The notes: generated from the sequence alone by a model not told the origin. A DNA stretch of 64,000 nucleotides from Verrucomicrobiota bacterium (GCA_021772635.1 JAJFLP010000113.1:813-64812), one strand, 5' to 3'; numbered from the stretch's first letter, positions 20,187-30,244 are shown. Program-made: numbers and translations.

Positions 20187-21596
20187 ATGAAACAATCATT
20201 AAATTGGATGCCCATCTGTCTTCTTTTTATTACCGTAACTCTCTCATCAATTGCACAGAATAGTCATTCCCAGGAGGGGTTTCCTCAGGAAATTCACGAT
20301 CTCAAAATACTCATTCATGACCTGAAATCTCAGCACACGAAGGAAACCAACGCGCTTCGCGAAGAGATTCAATCGCTGCGAAGGGCGTATGACCGGGGCA
20401 TCAACGAATTGGCTAAGAAAGTTACAAGATTGGAAGCCACAGATCAGTCGCGTGCCAGTGTGTCAGAATCGCATGCCTACACAGATCACAATGACAGCTC
20501 AGAACCTACAATTGAAGTCATTCTGAATGGGAAGTTTTCCGACTTCTCAGAAAGAGATTCTGAATTACCAGGATTCGGTATTGGCGAGGAAGGTAAACGC
20601 GGTCGGGAGAGCCTCGCGATCGATGAATCGGAACTGATCTTCTCAACGAATATCGATGATTTTTTCTACGGAGGCGTAACTGTCGCCGTCGCCCGCGAAG
20701 ACGGCGAGGACATTATCGAACTTGAAGAAGCCTATATTCAAACTCTCCCGGGATTTGGGTTGCCAGCTGGCATGACTCTGAAAGCCGGGCGGGCGCTGTG
20801 GAAGTTGGGCTACCTGAACGAGCACCACACTCATGAGGATGCGTTCGCAGACCGTCCCCTGCCATATCGTGCCTACCTGAATAAATCGTTCAACGACGAT
20901 GGCATTGAGGCCAGTTACCTGTTGTCCACAGACTTTTACGCCGAAATTGGCGGCGGCGCATTCCGTGGCGAAGAATTTCCCGGAGGAAGTCCAACAGGGT
21001 CGTCGCCCCAGAGCTATTCGGCATTCGTTCGAGTCGGCAGTGGTATCGGGGACAATCAGTCGTGGCAAATCGGCGGACATTGGCTAGGTTCAGAATCGGG
21101 AGAACGCCTAACAAACGAAGATATGGTTTCGTTCATTGGTGACAGTGATCTCGCCTCCGCAAACCTTAGCTATGCCTGGATTCCAACCGGAAACAGTAAT
21201 GAACGCGAAGTAACCCTCCGCGGCGAGATCTTCTGGCGAGGCGAAGACGGAAGTTACCAGGACCTCAGCCTGCCAACTGCAGTGGTCCCCTTTGATGGCG
21301 ATTCCAGCGGCTGGTATATGCAGGGTGTGTACAAGTTCCGTCCTAAATGGCGCATCGGCGCTCGATACAGCGAGTTACAATCATCGAATACGCCGAACGG
21401 GCTTGTCGGTAGTGCGCTTGACGCTCGCGGTCATAATCCAGAAAGTCTCTCAATCATGATCGATTGGACGAATAGCGAATTCAGTCGACTCCGGCTCCAA
21501 TACAACCACGAAGAACTGCGTCACGGTGCTGAAGACAACCAGCTTATTCTTCAATACATAGTCAATCTCGGCACAAAAGAAACCCATGAGCATTAA
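20187..21596 (+). CDS. Outer-membrane beta-barrel, putative zinc/metal-regulated receptor
   Basis: Signal peptide, coiled coil, ELEEAYI, GYLNEHHTHEDAFADRP, SEFSRLRLQY, His-containing C-terminus. Confidence 0.75.
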   Translation: MKQSLNWMPICLLFITVTLSSIAQNSHSQEGFPQEIHDLKILIHDLKSQHTKETNALREEIQSLRRAYDRGINELAKKVTRLEATDQSRASVSESHAYTDHNDSSEPTIEVILNGKFSDFSERDSELPGFGIGEEGKRGRESLAIDESELIFSTNIDDFFYGGVTVAVAREDGEDIIELEEAYIQTLPGFGLPAGMTLKAGRALWKLGYLNEHHTHEDAFADRPLPYRAYLNKSFNDDGIEASYLLSTDFYAEIGGGAFRGEEFPGGSPTGSSPQSYSAFVRVGSGIGDNQSWQIGGHWLGSESGERLTNEDMVSFIGDSDLASANLSYAWIPTGNSNEREVTLRGEIFWRGEDGSYQDLSLPTAVVPFDGDSSGWYMQGVYKFRPKWRIGARYSELQSSNTPNGLVGSALDARGHNPESLSIMIDWTNSEFSRLRLQYNHEELRHGAEDNQLILQYIVNLGTKETHEH

Positions 21597-21665
21597 ACCG
21601 ACCAATGGGTACTATCTCTGCCCATACCGCTACAGTTATATTGGAGAGTCGGAATCTACCGTAAT

Positions 21666-21758
21666 TATACTGAGCATCTTCGAGTTTTCGACCCGGCGTT
21701 CGGAGTCTCTTACGCAATCATTTTGAAGTCGGCCGAAAATTCTACTGCCTGGAGTATA
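21666..21758. mobile_element. TA-flanked miniature element (family A, minimal copy)
   Basis: TATACTGAGCATCTTCGAGTTTTCG ... TACTGCCTGGAGTATA. Confidence 0.75.
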
Positions 21759-21827
21759 CCATTGGCGGCAACCGCAAATGCGACATAGGTCAAGAACGCC
21801 GCGTTAAGCGCTCTGCCAGCATGAATG

Positions 21828-22754
21828 TTATTTCATGACCTTGTCGGAAAAGTCGGAAACCGCTTTCTTTAGATCATCAAAAATTCCGCCACTGGTTTCA
21901 TCGTTGAGCACCCGTTTTTCAGTTTTATCGATTAATCGATGTAGCACTTCATAGTCTTCTTCGATTTCACCGTACCCCAAAGCCTCGGCCATTTTCAGCT
22001 GATACCGAGCGTTCTCGATTAATTCCAAAATCTCTTGCCGGTTTTCTGTTCCTGCCTCACGACTGCGCTTTTGTGCTTGTCGCAGGAGGTGTTTTGCGTT
22101 GAGTGGCGGCAATGGTATGATATTTGTCTCTACTACCAACGTAGAAAGCGCCTGACTAAGTCCGTCTCTAGCGCTCTTGATTTCACCGCCATCTACCAAC
22201 GGCACAACACGCTTAATTGCTTGCGGATAACTCGCCATAGGGATATAAGTCATCGTAATTTTCATTTCGCTGACCAGGGGTTGCAGTAACCGCCGGGCTT
22301 TTTGCACATCCCCTTCCTTGAGTAATCTGATCGCCTCCCTCTTGGCGATTTCAATAGATTCAAGGTCAGTAAATATGTTGGATACCGAAACTTTGCTATT
22401 GATCGGTATCAAGTCCAATTCCGGATTCTTTGCCAGTAAGATCTCCAGCTTACCCACGATCTTCTCCAGCATTTTCATAGATTCCGCAGCATTGTTGTCA
22501 TCGAGGAGTTTCAAGGCTTTTCGCGTTTCTGAGATTGCCTCGATCGCTTCTTGAGAGATGCCCCCACGCTTGCCGTCAATGACAGCCCGATGCTCAGCAT
22601 CGACAGTACCGGAAATTGAATCTAGAGATCTCTGCTCTGATTCAGGCTTTACCATTATTGCCTCATCGTTTGTCTCTACTGTTTCAGCGTTGTTCATGAC
22701 CGCTGAGATAAAGAATAAGGATAGAGCCACCAAAAATAATCTTGATTCTTTCAT
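21828..22754 (-). CDS. YfdX family periplasmic protein
   Basis: AAGGAGG RBS, signal peptide; GKLEILLAKNPEL, ARRLL...SE, PMASYP, ALSTLV, AEALGYG. Confidence 0.85.
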   Translation of the reverse strand: MKESRLFLVALSLFFISAVMNNAETVETNDEAIMVKPESEQRSLDSISGTVDAEHRAVIDGKRGGISQEAIEAISETRKALKLLDDNNAAESMKMLEKIVGKLEILLAKNPELDLIPINSKVSVSNIFTDLESIEIAKREAIRLLKEGDVQKARRLLQPLVSEMKITMTYIPMASYPQAIKRVVPLVDGGEIKSARDGLSQALSTLVVETNIIPLPPLNAKHLLRQAQKRSREAGTENRQEILELIENARYQLKMAEALGYGEIEEDYEVLHRLIDKTEKRVLNDETSGGIFDDLKKAVSDFSDKVMK

Positions 22755-22795
22755 GATGAGTACCTCCTTATAGTTTGCTATTTGATAGATTCGTT

Positions 22796-22924
22796 TATAC
22801 CGAACGCCTTCGAGTTTTCGACCCGGCGTTCTGCTGGCCAGCAGAATACCGGTTAAAAAAATCGTTCGATATCTCTTACGTACTTGGTTTGAAGTCATCC
22901 GAAAATTGAACTGCTTGCAGTATA
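22796..22924. mobile_element. TA-flanked miniature element (family A) inside the hsp20-yfdX cluster
   Basis: TATACCGAACGCCTTCGAGTTTTCG ... CTGCTTGCAGTATA. Confidence 0.8.
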
Positions 22925-22947
22925 ATCATCCCGCCAGCCTGTGTTGA

Positions 22948-23439
22948 TCACGCCACGGAAACCGGGATACGCTTTCCTGTTTCTTTTTGTTTTGTTTTCG
23001 GTACTGACAACGTCAATACACCTTTCTTGTACTTCGCTTTGGCTTTGTCAGCCTGTGCATAATCCGGGAGCGGCAACGTCCGCTCAAAAAAACCGTAGGA
23101 ACATTCCACGCAGTGCGCCTTCTCGTCCTTCGTCTCGTGCGTCTTCTCGCCGCGTATTTTTAGATATCCATTCTCTATAGTTACATCGATATCTTTTTCA
23201 TTCATACCGGGGAGTTCCGCTTCGATCCTTATTTCTTTCCTTGTTTCGCTGACGTTTACTTTCGGGCTCAGCGAGCGAGACAAGTTCGACCGCATAAGGC
23301 CAAACTCTACGAAAGGATTCTCGAAGAATCGATCAAAATCTGAGGAAGCGTTTTCACGCGGACGTTGCGGTAAATGTGTTTCTTTTTCGTCAGCCCTTTC
23401 TTTTTTCCAATTAAAGGGCAAAAGATCACGGATCTTCAT
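22948..23439 (-). CDS. Hsp20/alpha-crystallin small heat-shock protein
   Basis: PKVNVSET, AELPG, FERTLPLP, AKYKKGVL; AAGGAGG RBS. Confidence 0.95.
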   Translation of the reverse strand: MKIRDLLPFNWKKERADEKETHLPQRPRENASSDFDRFFENPFVEFGLMRSNLSRSLSPKVNVSETRKEIRIEAELPGMNEKDIDVTIENGYLKIRGEKTHETKDEKAHCVECSYGFFERTLPLPDYAQADKAKAKYKKGVLTLSVPKTKQKETGKRIPVSVA

Positions 23440-23485
23440 GATAAATCCTCCTTTCACTAATTAAACATTTGGGGTTGAGATTTGT

Positions 23486-23523
23486 GAAACGGCGGCGGCA
23501 ACCTGTGTTGCCGCCGTCGTTTC
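23486..23523 (-). terminator. Strong intergenic hairpin (terminator or mRNA stabiliser)
   Basis: GAAACGGCGGCGGCAAC-CTGT-GTTGCCGCCGTCGTTTC; only a short T tail. Confidence 0.5.
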
Positions 23524-23527
23524 GGTT

Positions 23528-23923
23528 TTATCCTACCTTCACCTCAATTCTTTTCGGCTTCGCAGACTCGCGTTTTGGTAATTCCAAGTTCAGAACACCA
23601 TTTTTTATCGACGCTTGAATTTTCTCTTCGTCAATGACTTCGGAAATATGAAACTGACGTTCATAATTTCCTGTCTCATATTCCGAATGTACCTTTTCGC
23701 AGGCTACGGTGTTGTCAGGAGCTACCCTTCCAAGAATACTGAGAACGCCGTCCTCCAATTTCACGTCTAACCCGTTTTTATCGACTCCAGGCATTTCGAC
23801 ATCAAGGTTGTAACTATCTTGAGTTTCCCAAATGTCGACTTTCGGCGTGAACGTATGTTGATTGACCGCTTGTGTTTGCTCTGAAAGTTGAGATTCTGAT
23901 TTTTGCATTGCTGTACCACTCAT
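23528..23923 (-). CDS. Hsp20 small heat-shock protein
   Basis: PKVDIWET, EMPGV, YERQF, NGVLNLELPK. Confidence 0.95.
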   Translation of the reverse strand: MSGTAMQKSESQLSEQTQAVNQHTFTPKVDIWETQDSYNLDVEMPGVDKNGLDVKLEDGVLSILGRVAPDNTVACEKVHSEYETGNYERQFHISEVIDEEKIQASIKNGVLNLELPKRESAKPKRIEVKVG

Positions 23924-23940
23924 TGTATTTCCTCCTTTCT

Positions 23941-24384
23941 TTAGTCGTTTCGTACTGTTACAGATATTCTTTTGGGCTTTTCCTCTGCCGCCAGCGCAAG
24001 CGAAATACTTAGTATCCCATTCTTGCATGATGCCGAAACCTTGTCGGAATCGACCCGGAATGGCAATGTCAGTTCTCGACGAAATTTCCCAGTTGAACGT
24101 TCACTGCGCTGATATGAATCTCCCTCCACCTTGGCTCGCCCGTGGCGTTCGCCAGAGATGGTAAGCTTATCCGGTTGCACTTCCAGCTCAATATCCTGCG
24201 GATCGACTCCCGGAACTTCAGCCGTGAGAAGGATCGAATTATCATTCTTCCATGCATTCAACTTTGGAAATGCCGCCGTGCTCGATCGCTCCCGGGGAGC
24301 CGACCCGAAAGAGCGGTCTAGCTCACCGAACAGCTGATTCAAGCCCGACAATTGATTGATTAAGCGTTTGTCTAACCAGTACAT
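23941..24384 (-). CDS. Hsp20 small heat-shock protein
   Basis: AEVPGV, RSERSTGKFRRELTLP, NGIL; AAGGAGG RBS. Confidence 0.95.
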   Translation of the reverse strand: MYWLDKRLINQLSGLNQLFGELDRSFGSAPRERSSTAAFPKLNAWKNDNSILLTAEVPGVDPQDIELEVQPDKLTISGERHGRAKVEGDSYQRSERSTGKFRRELTLPFRVDSDKVSASCKNGILSISLALAAEEKPKRISVTVRND

Positions 24385-24456
24385 TGTTCTTGCCTCCTTT
24401 CGTTTGAGTTGAATTATGATTAACAAATTACGTCCACCGTGTTCGATTGCCGACAT

Positions 24457-24472
24457 AGCCATATTGATGCCA
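24457..24472 (-). promoter_or_regulatory. Putative sigma-54 (-24/-12) promoter of the hsp20 operon
   Basis: Minus strand TGGCAT-CAATA-TGGCT versus consensus TGGCAC-N5-TTGCW; GG and GC correctly spaced. Confidence 0.5.
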
Positions 24473-24690
24473 ATGATTGAATTTCTATTTATAACCAATT
24501 GCAAAAAATATATTTGCGGAATATGAAAAAGACGTTAGCGGTATTGAGTGCGTCTAAATGACACACTTGTCAGTGAGGCGGACTTCCTCCTGCTGTCACA
24601 GAGTCAGGGGACAAGAATCTTTCTCAAGAAACTCGGAAATCGGATGCCATAGATCCAGGTCTCTTCAAAAAGGTTAAATTAAGGAGAAGG

Positions 24691-24872
24691 CTAGCCTGAT
24701 TATTTCATGCGATTCGTCGCGAGAGTACTTAACTCGCTCATAATAGATCGATTAGAGAAAACTTGACGGCGAAAGTGAATATACATTTGCTGAGATGTAA
24801 AGTTGAGCTAATCGGCTTATTCGGGCAGAGATTAGGGCTTGTAGCAGAATACTGATGAATTATTCTGGTTAG
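24691..24872. mobile_element. 182-bp hairpin MITE (family C), copy 1
   Basis: Ends CTAGCCTGATTATTTCA / TGAATTATTCTGGTTAG; homologous to 24986..25167. Confidence 0.75.
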
Positions 24873-24985
24873 CAGAACCGGGAAAATATAAAGGGTACCC
24901 CTTCAATCATACGGGCTTATTCTTGATGGCAGACGATATCGATGATATAATTGGAAATGCGAGTGAATCAGCTAAGAACAGTTCA

Positions 24986-25167
24986 CTAGCCTGAATAATT
25001 CACGCGATTCGTCGCGAGAGAACTTAACTCGTTCATAATAAAACGATTGGAGAAGGCGCCACGGTGAAAGTGTATTTTCATTCACTTAGATGTGAAGTCA
25101 AGCCAATCGGTTTATTTGAGCAGAGATTAGGGCTCGTAGCAGAATACTGGTGAATTAATCAGACAAG
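24986..25167. mobile_element. 182-bp hairpin MITE (family C), copy 2
   Basis: Direct diverged copy of 24691..24872. Confidence 0.75.
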
Positions 25168-25246
25168 AAAGATAAAGCGTGTCATATCTTGAATTTAACA
25201 TATTGGCCGGAACAATCGCCAATTCAAAACGTCTTGGTTTAACATT

Positions 25247-25666
25247 ATGATTAGTAGAAATTATATTGTGCTTTTATCACTTCTGACAATTGTCCCGTTA
25301 ATCTCGGCTGGACCTTTCGAGAAACATCCTGAGGCCGCGGAGGACATTCGTGCGGTTACTGCGAAAGAACGGTTGACGTCTGAACCCGATGCTGTCGCGA
25401 TTTATGCAAAAGGAATGTGCTGTCCTTCGTGTGCTATCGGTGTACGAAAAAAGATTGTAAAACTCGAATTCGTTGACAGCAGCCGGTTTGTAAGTGGCGT
25501 GGAGCTGGACCCGAAGACGCAATTGGCAATGGTTGCGCTCAAGGCGGGACAAGCTCCCGACTCCGAAGCGCTTGCCCAGGCGATCGTCGATGCGGGTTAC
25601 GATCCGGTTCTTTTGTATATCCTTCGTGACGGGCAACTTCAGACGACTCCTCTCAATTCCCGTTAA
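25247..25666 (+). CDS. Secreted heavy-metal-associated (HMA) domain protein
   Basis: Signal peptide; GMCCPSCA; AIVDAGYD. Confidence 0.8.
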   Translation: MISRNYIVLLSLLTIVPLISAGPFEKHPEAAEDIRAVTAKERLTSEPDAVAIYAKGMCCPSCAIGVRKKIVKLEFVDSSRFVSGVELDPKTQLAMVALKAGQAPDSEALAQAIVDAGYDPVLLYILRDGQLQTTPLNSR

Positions 25667-25672
25667 TCCACA

Positions 25673-26497
25673 GTGACTTCAATTATCAGAGCACGGATCG
25701 GGATTGCCATTCTTCTTGTGGTCGTTAGTGCGGAAGCACGATGTGACCAGCCAATCTTCAATGAAATGCCGCGCTGGGATAACGGTTGGGGCTTTCAGAT
25801 TGTCCGCGAACTCCGAACCGAAAGAGATCTTCTCGACGGTGAAACAGTTGTTGGACGTGGATTCTCTGAAGACGTCGAAATTCTTCATCTGGAGGGGGTA
25901 TATACCTGGGATAAGTCCGTCCGGATGACCGTGAAAATTCCCTACGTCGTCGAAGCTAGGCGCGAACAGCTGGACTCCGGGATCAAGAGAGTTCAGCATG
26001 ATAATGGCATCGGCGACCTGACTTTAGCGATCCCGCTAAAACGATACATCAATGCTGACCAACGCAGTACTTCCTGGACTTTTGCTCCGCAATTCCGCAT
26101 CCCCCTAGCCGGAAACGACGAGTACGAGGTATACGACAACGAATGGGGTACCGGCGTATCCTTCGGCTACGAGACGGAAACGTATCGTTATGTAGCCGCT
26201 GTAGGCGTGACGGCATGGTCCTTCTTTGGTAATGAACCCTTCGAAGCCTCTGCAAGCATTAACCTCGGATTCAATATTCATCATGCGAGGTCATCCGGGC
26301 ACCTACTTTGGGAAAGCGACGTGCATTTCGAAGACGACGGATCCTTGACCATCGCCATCGGTCCGGCCTTCTACTGGCGTATGACGGATACTGTTCACAT
26401 CCGAGTTTCGTGGAAAGACGATGTCTCCGATCGCCAGGGTACCGTCGATCACGGAAACGGGGACGCGTTGACGGTAGGAATCGGTTTCGTATTCTGA
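25673..26497 (+). CDS. Outer-membrane beta-barrel / transporter-like protein
   Basis: Signal peptide, GIGDLTL motif, amphipathic strands, C-terminal Phe (GIGFVF). Confidence 0.7.
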   Translation: MTSIIRARIGIAILLVVVSAEARCDQPIFNEMPRWDNGWGFQIVRELRTERDLLDGETVVGRGFSEDVEILHLEGVYTWDKSVRMTVKIPYVVEARREQLDSGIKRVQHDNGIGDLTLAIPLKRYINADQRSTSWTFAPQFRIPLAGNDEYEVYDNEWGTGVSFGYETETYRYVAAVGVTAWSFFGNEPFEASASINLGFNIHHARSSGHLLWESDVHFEDDGSLTIAIGPAFYWRMTDTVHIRVSWKDDVSDRQGTVDHGNGDALTVGIGFVF

Positions 26498-26629
26498 TGA
26501 TGACATCCCGGAGAAACCCAATGCCATTCAACCGAACGAGACTGCAAGCAGTCAATACTGATCGGTTTCGCCCGTTTCCAACGGGCGGCCCCTTCCTACA
26601 TCTTCAACTAAAAAATACGGAGTTTAACA

Positions 26630-27739
26630 GTGCCATTCGAAAAAGGGTCGATTTCATTCACCATCTGTACGATGCAACAAAAATTACCGGAGGACGCTAT
26701 TGGACGTTTCGAAGAGAAAAAGGGGTACTCTCTCGACACGGTTCTTGACGAACCACAAATTGGGTGGGTAAGTGGTCGCCATCTCCTGGACACTCAAATC
26801 GACGAACTCACAGCCTACGTCGCCGGCTATCTCAAAATGACCTTGCGTAGTGCTGTCAGAAAGATTCCGCCGTCATTTTTTAAGGCAGAATACCAGCAGG
26901 AGGAATTGGCTGAGATGCAGGCGACGAATTCGTTTTTTCTGTCGAGAAAGCAAGTAAAAGAGATCAAGGAATCGATAAAAGAAAGACTGTTAAAAGAGAT
27001 GCCTCCGGCTTTAAGCGGTACTACTTTCGTCGTTGACTCGAATTCCGACATCATGTATTTGGGCGCCGGTTCCTGCACAGAGATCGATAAATTTCTAAGT
27101 GTATTTCACGAGACTATCGGCTTCGAACCGATTCCTCTCACAGCGGAGACTTCAGCCGAATTTCTTTTTCGGATCGACCCGGATACCCTGCCACGCCTTG
27201 ACTTTACTGAAAGTTCCTCGAAAACACATGATGTTGATACATCATTTGGCCGGGACTTTTTGACTTGGATCTGGTTTTTCCAGGAAGTCCGGGGCGGTAC
27301 GTTCGATGTGAGTAACATCGGAGAATTCGGCCTTTCAGTTCAAGGCCCCCTCACCTTTTCTGAGGAAGGCGTTGGCGCACAAGAGACGGTCGTCCGACGA
27401 GGGCTACCTACATTAAGCGGGGAAGCTAGGCTCGCCTTGCTCAGTGGTAAAAAGCTGACGCGGGCGAGAATTCTATTGGTTAAAGACGATGAAACGTGGG
27501 AATTCACCCTCGATGCCGACAATTTTATATTTAAAAGTGTAAAGCTCCCGCAGATTGAACCTCTTGACCCGATAAGCCACTTCCAGGAACGTATCAAATA
27601 TCTAGGACTCTTTAGACAGGCATTCCTCAGCCTATTCCGAGATTACTTGGCGTTAGTCCAGGATAAAGGTCGATTCGAAGAGCTGTCTCAGGATGTCATT
27701 CGTTGGGCGAAAGAGGAAGCAAGTAAAGATGGCAGTTAA
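26630..27739 (+). CDS. RdgC-like recombination-associated protein
   Basis: GWVSG, LRSAVRKIP, FGRDFLTW, GKKLTRA and FTLDAD resemble RdgC. Confidence 0.7.
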   Translation: MPFEKGSISFTICTMQQKLPEDAIGRFEEKKGYSLDTVLDEPQIGWVSGRHLLDTQIDELTAYVAGYLKMTLRSAVRKIPPSFFKAEYQQEELAEMQATNSFFLSRKQVKEIKESIKERLLKEMPPALSGTTFVVDSNSDIMYLGAGSCTEIDKFLSVFHETIGFEPIPLTAETSAEFLFRIDPDTLPRLDFTESSSKTHDVDTSFGRDFLTWIWFFQEVRGGTFDVSNIGEFGLSVQGPLTFSEEGVGAQETVVRRGLPTLSGEARLALLSGKKLTRARILLVKDDETWEFTLDADNFIFKSVKLPQIEPLDPISHFQERIKYLGLFRQAFLSLFRDYLALVQDKGRFEELSQDVIRWAKEEASKDGS

Positions 27740-27784
27740 GCTGGACCTATACTGCAAGCAGTAGAACTTTGCTCCGGACTGCAC

Positions 27785-28091
27785 GAGGTCAGGAAGTTCT
27801 GTGTGGATACTGGGGATTTGCGTTCGTAGATTCTGTATACCGAAAATTATGGAATTTTCGACCAAGCGTCGGCTAAGGCGGGACATGATGCCGGGTAAAA
27901 ATATACCGTTCGGAAATTCTTGGCTGATAAATTCGAAGCTATCCAAAAATTGTACTGTATGCAGTATATTTCCTGACGCCAGTAATTCAACGTCCCCAGC
28001 CCGGGTCGCCTTACAGAAAACCGCCGTCACGAACCTGACGCGCACACGAACCGCAGAAGTGGATGTAACGCATTCCTCGAAACCCTTCGAT
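27785..28091 (-). pseudogene. Diverged copy of the last ~59 codons of the srkA-like gene, interrupted by a MITE
   Basis: Reads IEGFRGMRYIHFCGSCARQVRDGGFL*GDPGW(fs)TLNYWRQEIQNLRTQIPSIHTELPDL versus 32006..32182. Confidence 0.92.
27838..27966. mobile_element. Family A miniature element with TA target duplication
   Basis: Flanked by TA at 27836-37 and 27967-68; the homologous srkA site has a single TA (CTGTATTTCC). Confidence 0.9.
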
Positions 28092-28156
28092 TGCGAAATA
28101 GAGGACGCCGCTTTAATCTTAATACTCTCTCAAATCACGTCGAAATCTAAGTTTTT

Positions 28157-30244
28157 CTATAACGCGGATGCGGCTGTCGCAACCTCCTCTGCTGTGGCCT
28201 TGAAGATAAAATCAATCGTCCATTCCATTTTATTTTTGTCTCCAATCATGTCAGTCTCGCTTCGCAAGTCGCCGTGAGCACCTGGCGGAATCCACCACGG
28301 CACCCAGTTTTGTTTTCCGTCGTAAACGTCAGTGGCGTCAACCGAGTAAAAAGCGTCCTCCCCTAAAGTTTTCCGTTCGCGCCGAGTTTTATAAAATTCA
28401 TTGAAGAATTGATCACTCGGGTCATAGGTCTCCGGGTCTGAGGTGGCGACTGGAACTCTCACAAGGTTTTCCCAAAGATAATCTTCCGTCTCTTTGTTAT
28501 ACCAGAAAGCTGAATCAAATGCTGATACCCGAAGCGTGTTCTGAGTCAACCCCTCGTTTCCGATAGCCCGCATGAAATATGCGGGGAAAAATACCGTCCT
28601 CCTTACGGTCGGGAATAGTTCCGGGTTTGACTCTTTCTTGAGTCGTCGATAGGTTTGGCGAAAGTCTAAGTAGGAAAGATTCGTAAGGGCCGTGTCAACT
28701 ATCGTGTTGCAAAAATCTACTGAAGAAAACAATACTCCAGGAAACCAATCCGCGTATACAGTTCTGCACCAGTAACGTGGCACCTGCGCGAACCATTGGC
28801 CGATTCCACTTGGATCAGGTTTCTCCAGTTGCGGATCAAAGTATCGATTATTATTGGCGGCCGCTTGATTGTTAATGAGGATCTGGCTCAGGGAGAATAA
28901 AATACCGTTCGCACTATCATGCCTGCTTGAAACAAACATTTTCGTCCCTATTTTCGCTGCTGTTTCAGCAAATAAATTCCCCTTCCTTCTTGATTCAAAT
29001 ACCACGTCTTTTGTCGTTTGTATTGATTTGCTTAATCCCTGTTTGACGGGACCAGCCAGAGATTGCACTCTTTGCACTAATCCGCGTTGTACCGGTTCAT
29101 TTGCGTTTGCGTCTGTATTCGCGTTTTCGATTTTGGTTTCGTTTGTGCTTGCGCTCAGAGATACAGGAACATAATCGTTGTTTGGATAAAGTTCGGTCGC
29201 GCGCATTGCCGCATTGAATAGAATCATAGAGTCGATATAAGGATGATTGGTGGCCCGGCCTTCCAGGTGACACTCGCGATGCTCCTCGGACTCGACAACG
29301 CCGTTAGAAAGATCGCAACCTTTGCAAATACTCGGCTCTAGAGTAGTGCCGCTTGGTGCCGAACACTCCTTAGTTGTTATACCCTTAACGGCGATTCCAT
29401 ATTCTTGAGCCTTGACCAAACGTTCGCATGCGTCGAAAGACGCTAGAGAAATCAACTTCGCACCGTAGCTATGGCCGACCGTGTGTAACTTATAACTTTC
29501 ATGAAATCGGCGGCGAATTAAATAATCCAAGATTGCGGACAAGCTAATTCGCGGACCATGCATCCCTGGCTCGTCGATACCAAAAGCTTCGCTGTATGAG
29601 TTAAAGATCCCGTCCTGCACCTGCTCTCTAGTCGTAAGTAAAGATAAGTATTTTGAACGCTCACCTTGCAAGCCGAAATAGTCCTGAAGATCCACTGATT
29701 TCGCACTGGCTCGCAATTTTCTTTCTTCTGTGATAAGTCTTCCTATCGCGATCTCAGATGCATTTTGGGTTTCTCCCCAACCGGTCGCGACCTGAAAAAG
29801 TGTATCCCCGACAGCGGCAGGCAGTTCAACGACACCGGGAAGATCGAACGGGTACATTGAGTTCAGCCAGTTCGTTAGGGGTCGGGATGCGGAATCCCAT
29901 ACAACAAAAATTACATAAGGATTAAAGGCGCGATCCACTGACTGAATCTGTTGAAAACGTCGAGTTATAGTCTCCAGGTACGCTTGCCACAGAGTGAACG
30001 ACTCTGCATGGGTAAAGTTCCATCCGTGGCTTATCACATAGATGTCCGATATCGGTTTTCCGGTTTTCTTCGCAAAACTTAATCCGAGCTCAAGCCGGGG
30101 TATTGGTGAATAGATCAGGTCATTAGCCTTATTATAAATGGCGTACGAATGCTTTAATCCCGCATCGCTTTGATGGGGATTGATGGTCATGGATTGGCAC
30201 CCGGTGAACAGGATTGTGAGCAAACAGAAGATCGTATAGCGCAT
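28157..30244 (-). CDS. Hypothetical lipoprotein with alpha/beta-hydrolase-like motifs
   Basis: Lipobox LFTGC; SHGWN, GHSYG nucleophile elbow, C-terminal GAHGD. Confidence 0.7.
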   Translation of the reverse strand: MRYTIFCLLTILFTGCQSMTINPHQSDAGLKHSYAIYNKANDLIYSPIPRLELGLSFAKKTGKPISDIYVISHGWNFTHAESFTLWQAYLETITRRFQQIQSVDRAFNPYVIFVVWDSASRPLTNWLNSMYPFDLPGVVELPAAVGDTLFQVATGWGETQNASEIAIGRLITEERKLRASAKSVDLQDYFGLQGERSKYLSLLTTREQVQDGIFNSYSEAFGIDEPGMHGPRISLSAILDYLIRRRFHESYKLHTVGHSYGAKLISLASFDACERLVKAQEYGIAVKGITTKECSAPSGTTLEPSICKGCDLSNGVVESEEHRECHLEGRATNHPYIDSMILFNAAMRATELYPNNDYVPVSLSASTNETKIENANTDANANEPVQRGLVQRVQSLAGPVKQGLSKSIQTTKDVVFESRRKGNLFAETAAKIGTKMFVSSRHDSANGILFSLSQILINNQAAANNNRYFDPQLEKPDPSGIGQWFAQVPRYWCRTVYADWFPGVLFSSVDFCNTIVDTALTNLSYLDFRQTYRRLKKESNPELFPTVRRTVFFPAYFMRAIGNEGLTQNTLRVSAFDSAFWYNKETEDYLWENLVRVPVATSDPETYDPSDQFFNEFYKTRRERKTLGEDAFYSVDATDVYDGKQNWVPWWIPPGAHGDLRSETDMIGDKNKMEWTIDFIFKATAEEVATAASAL

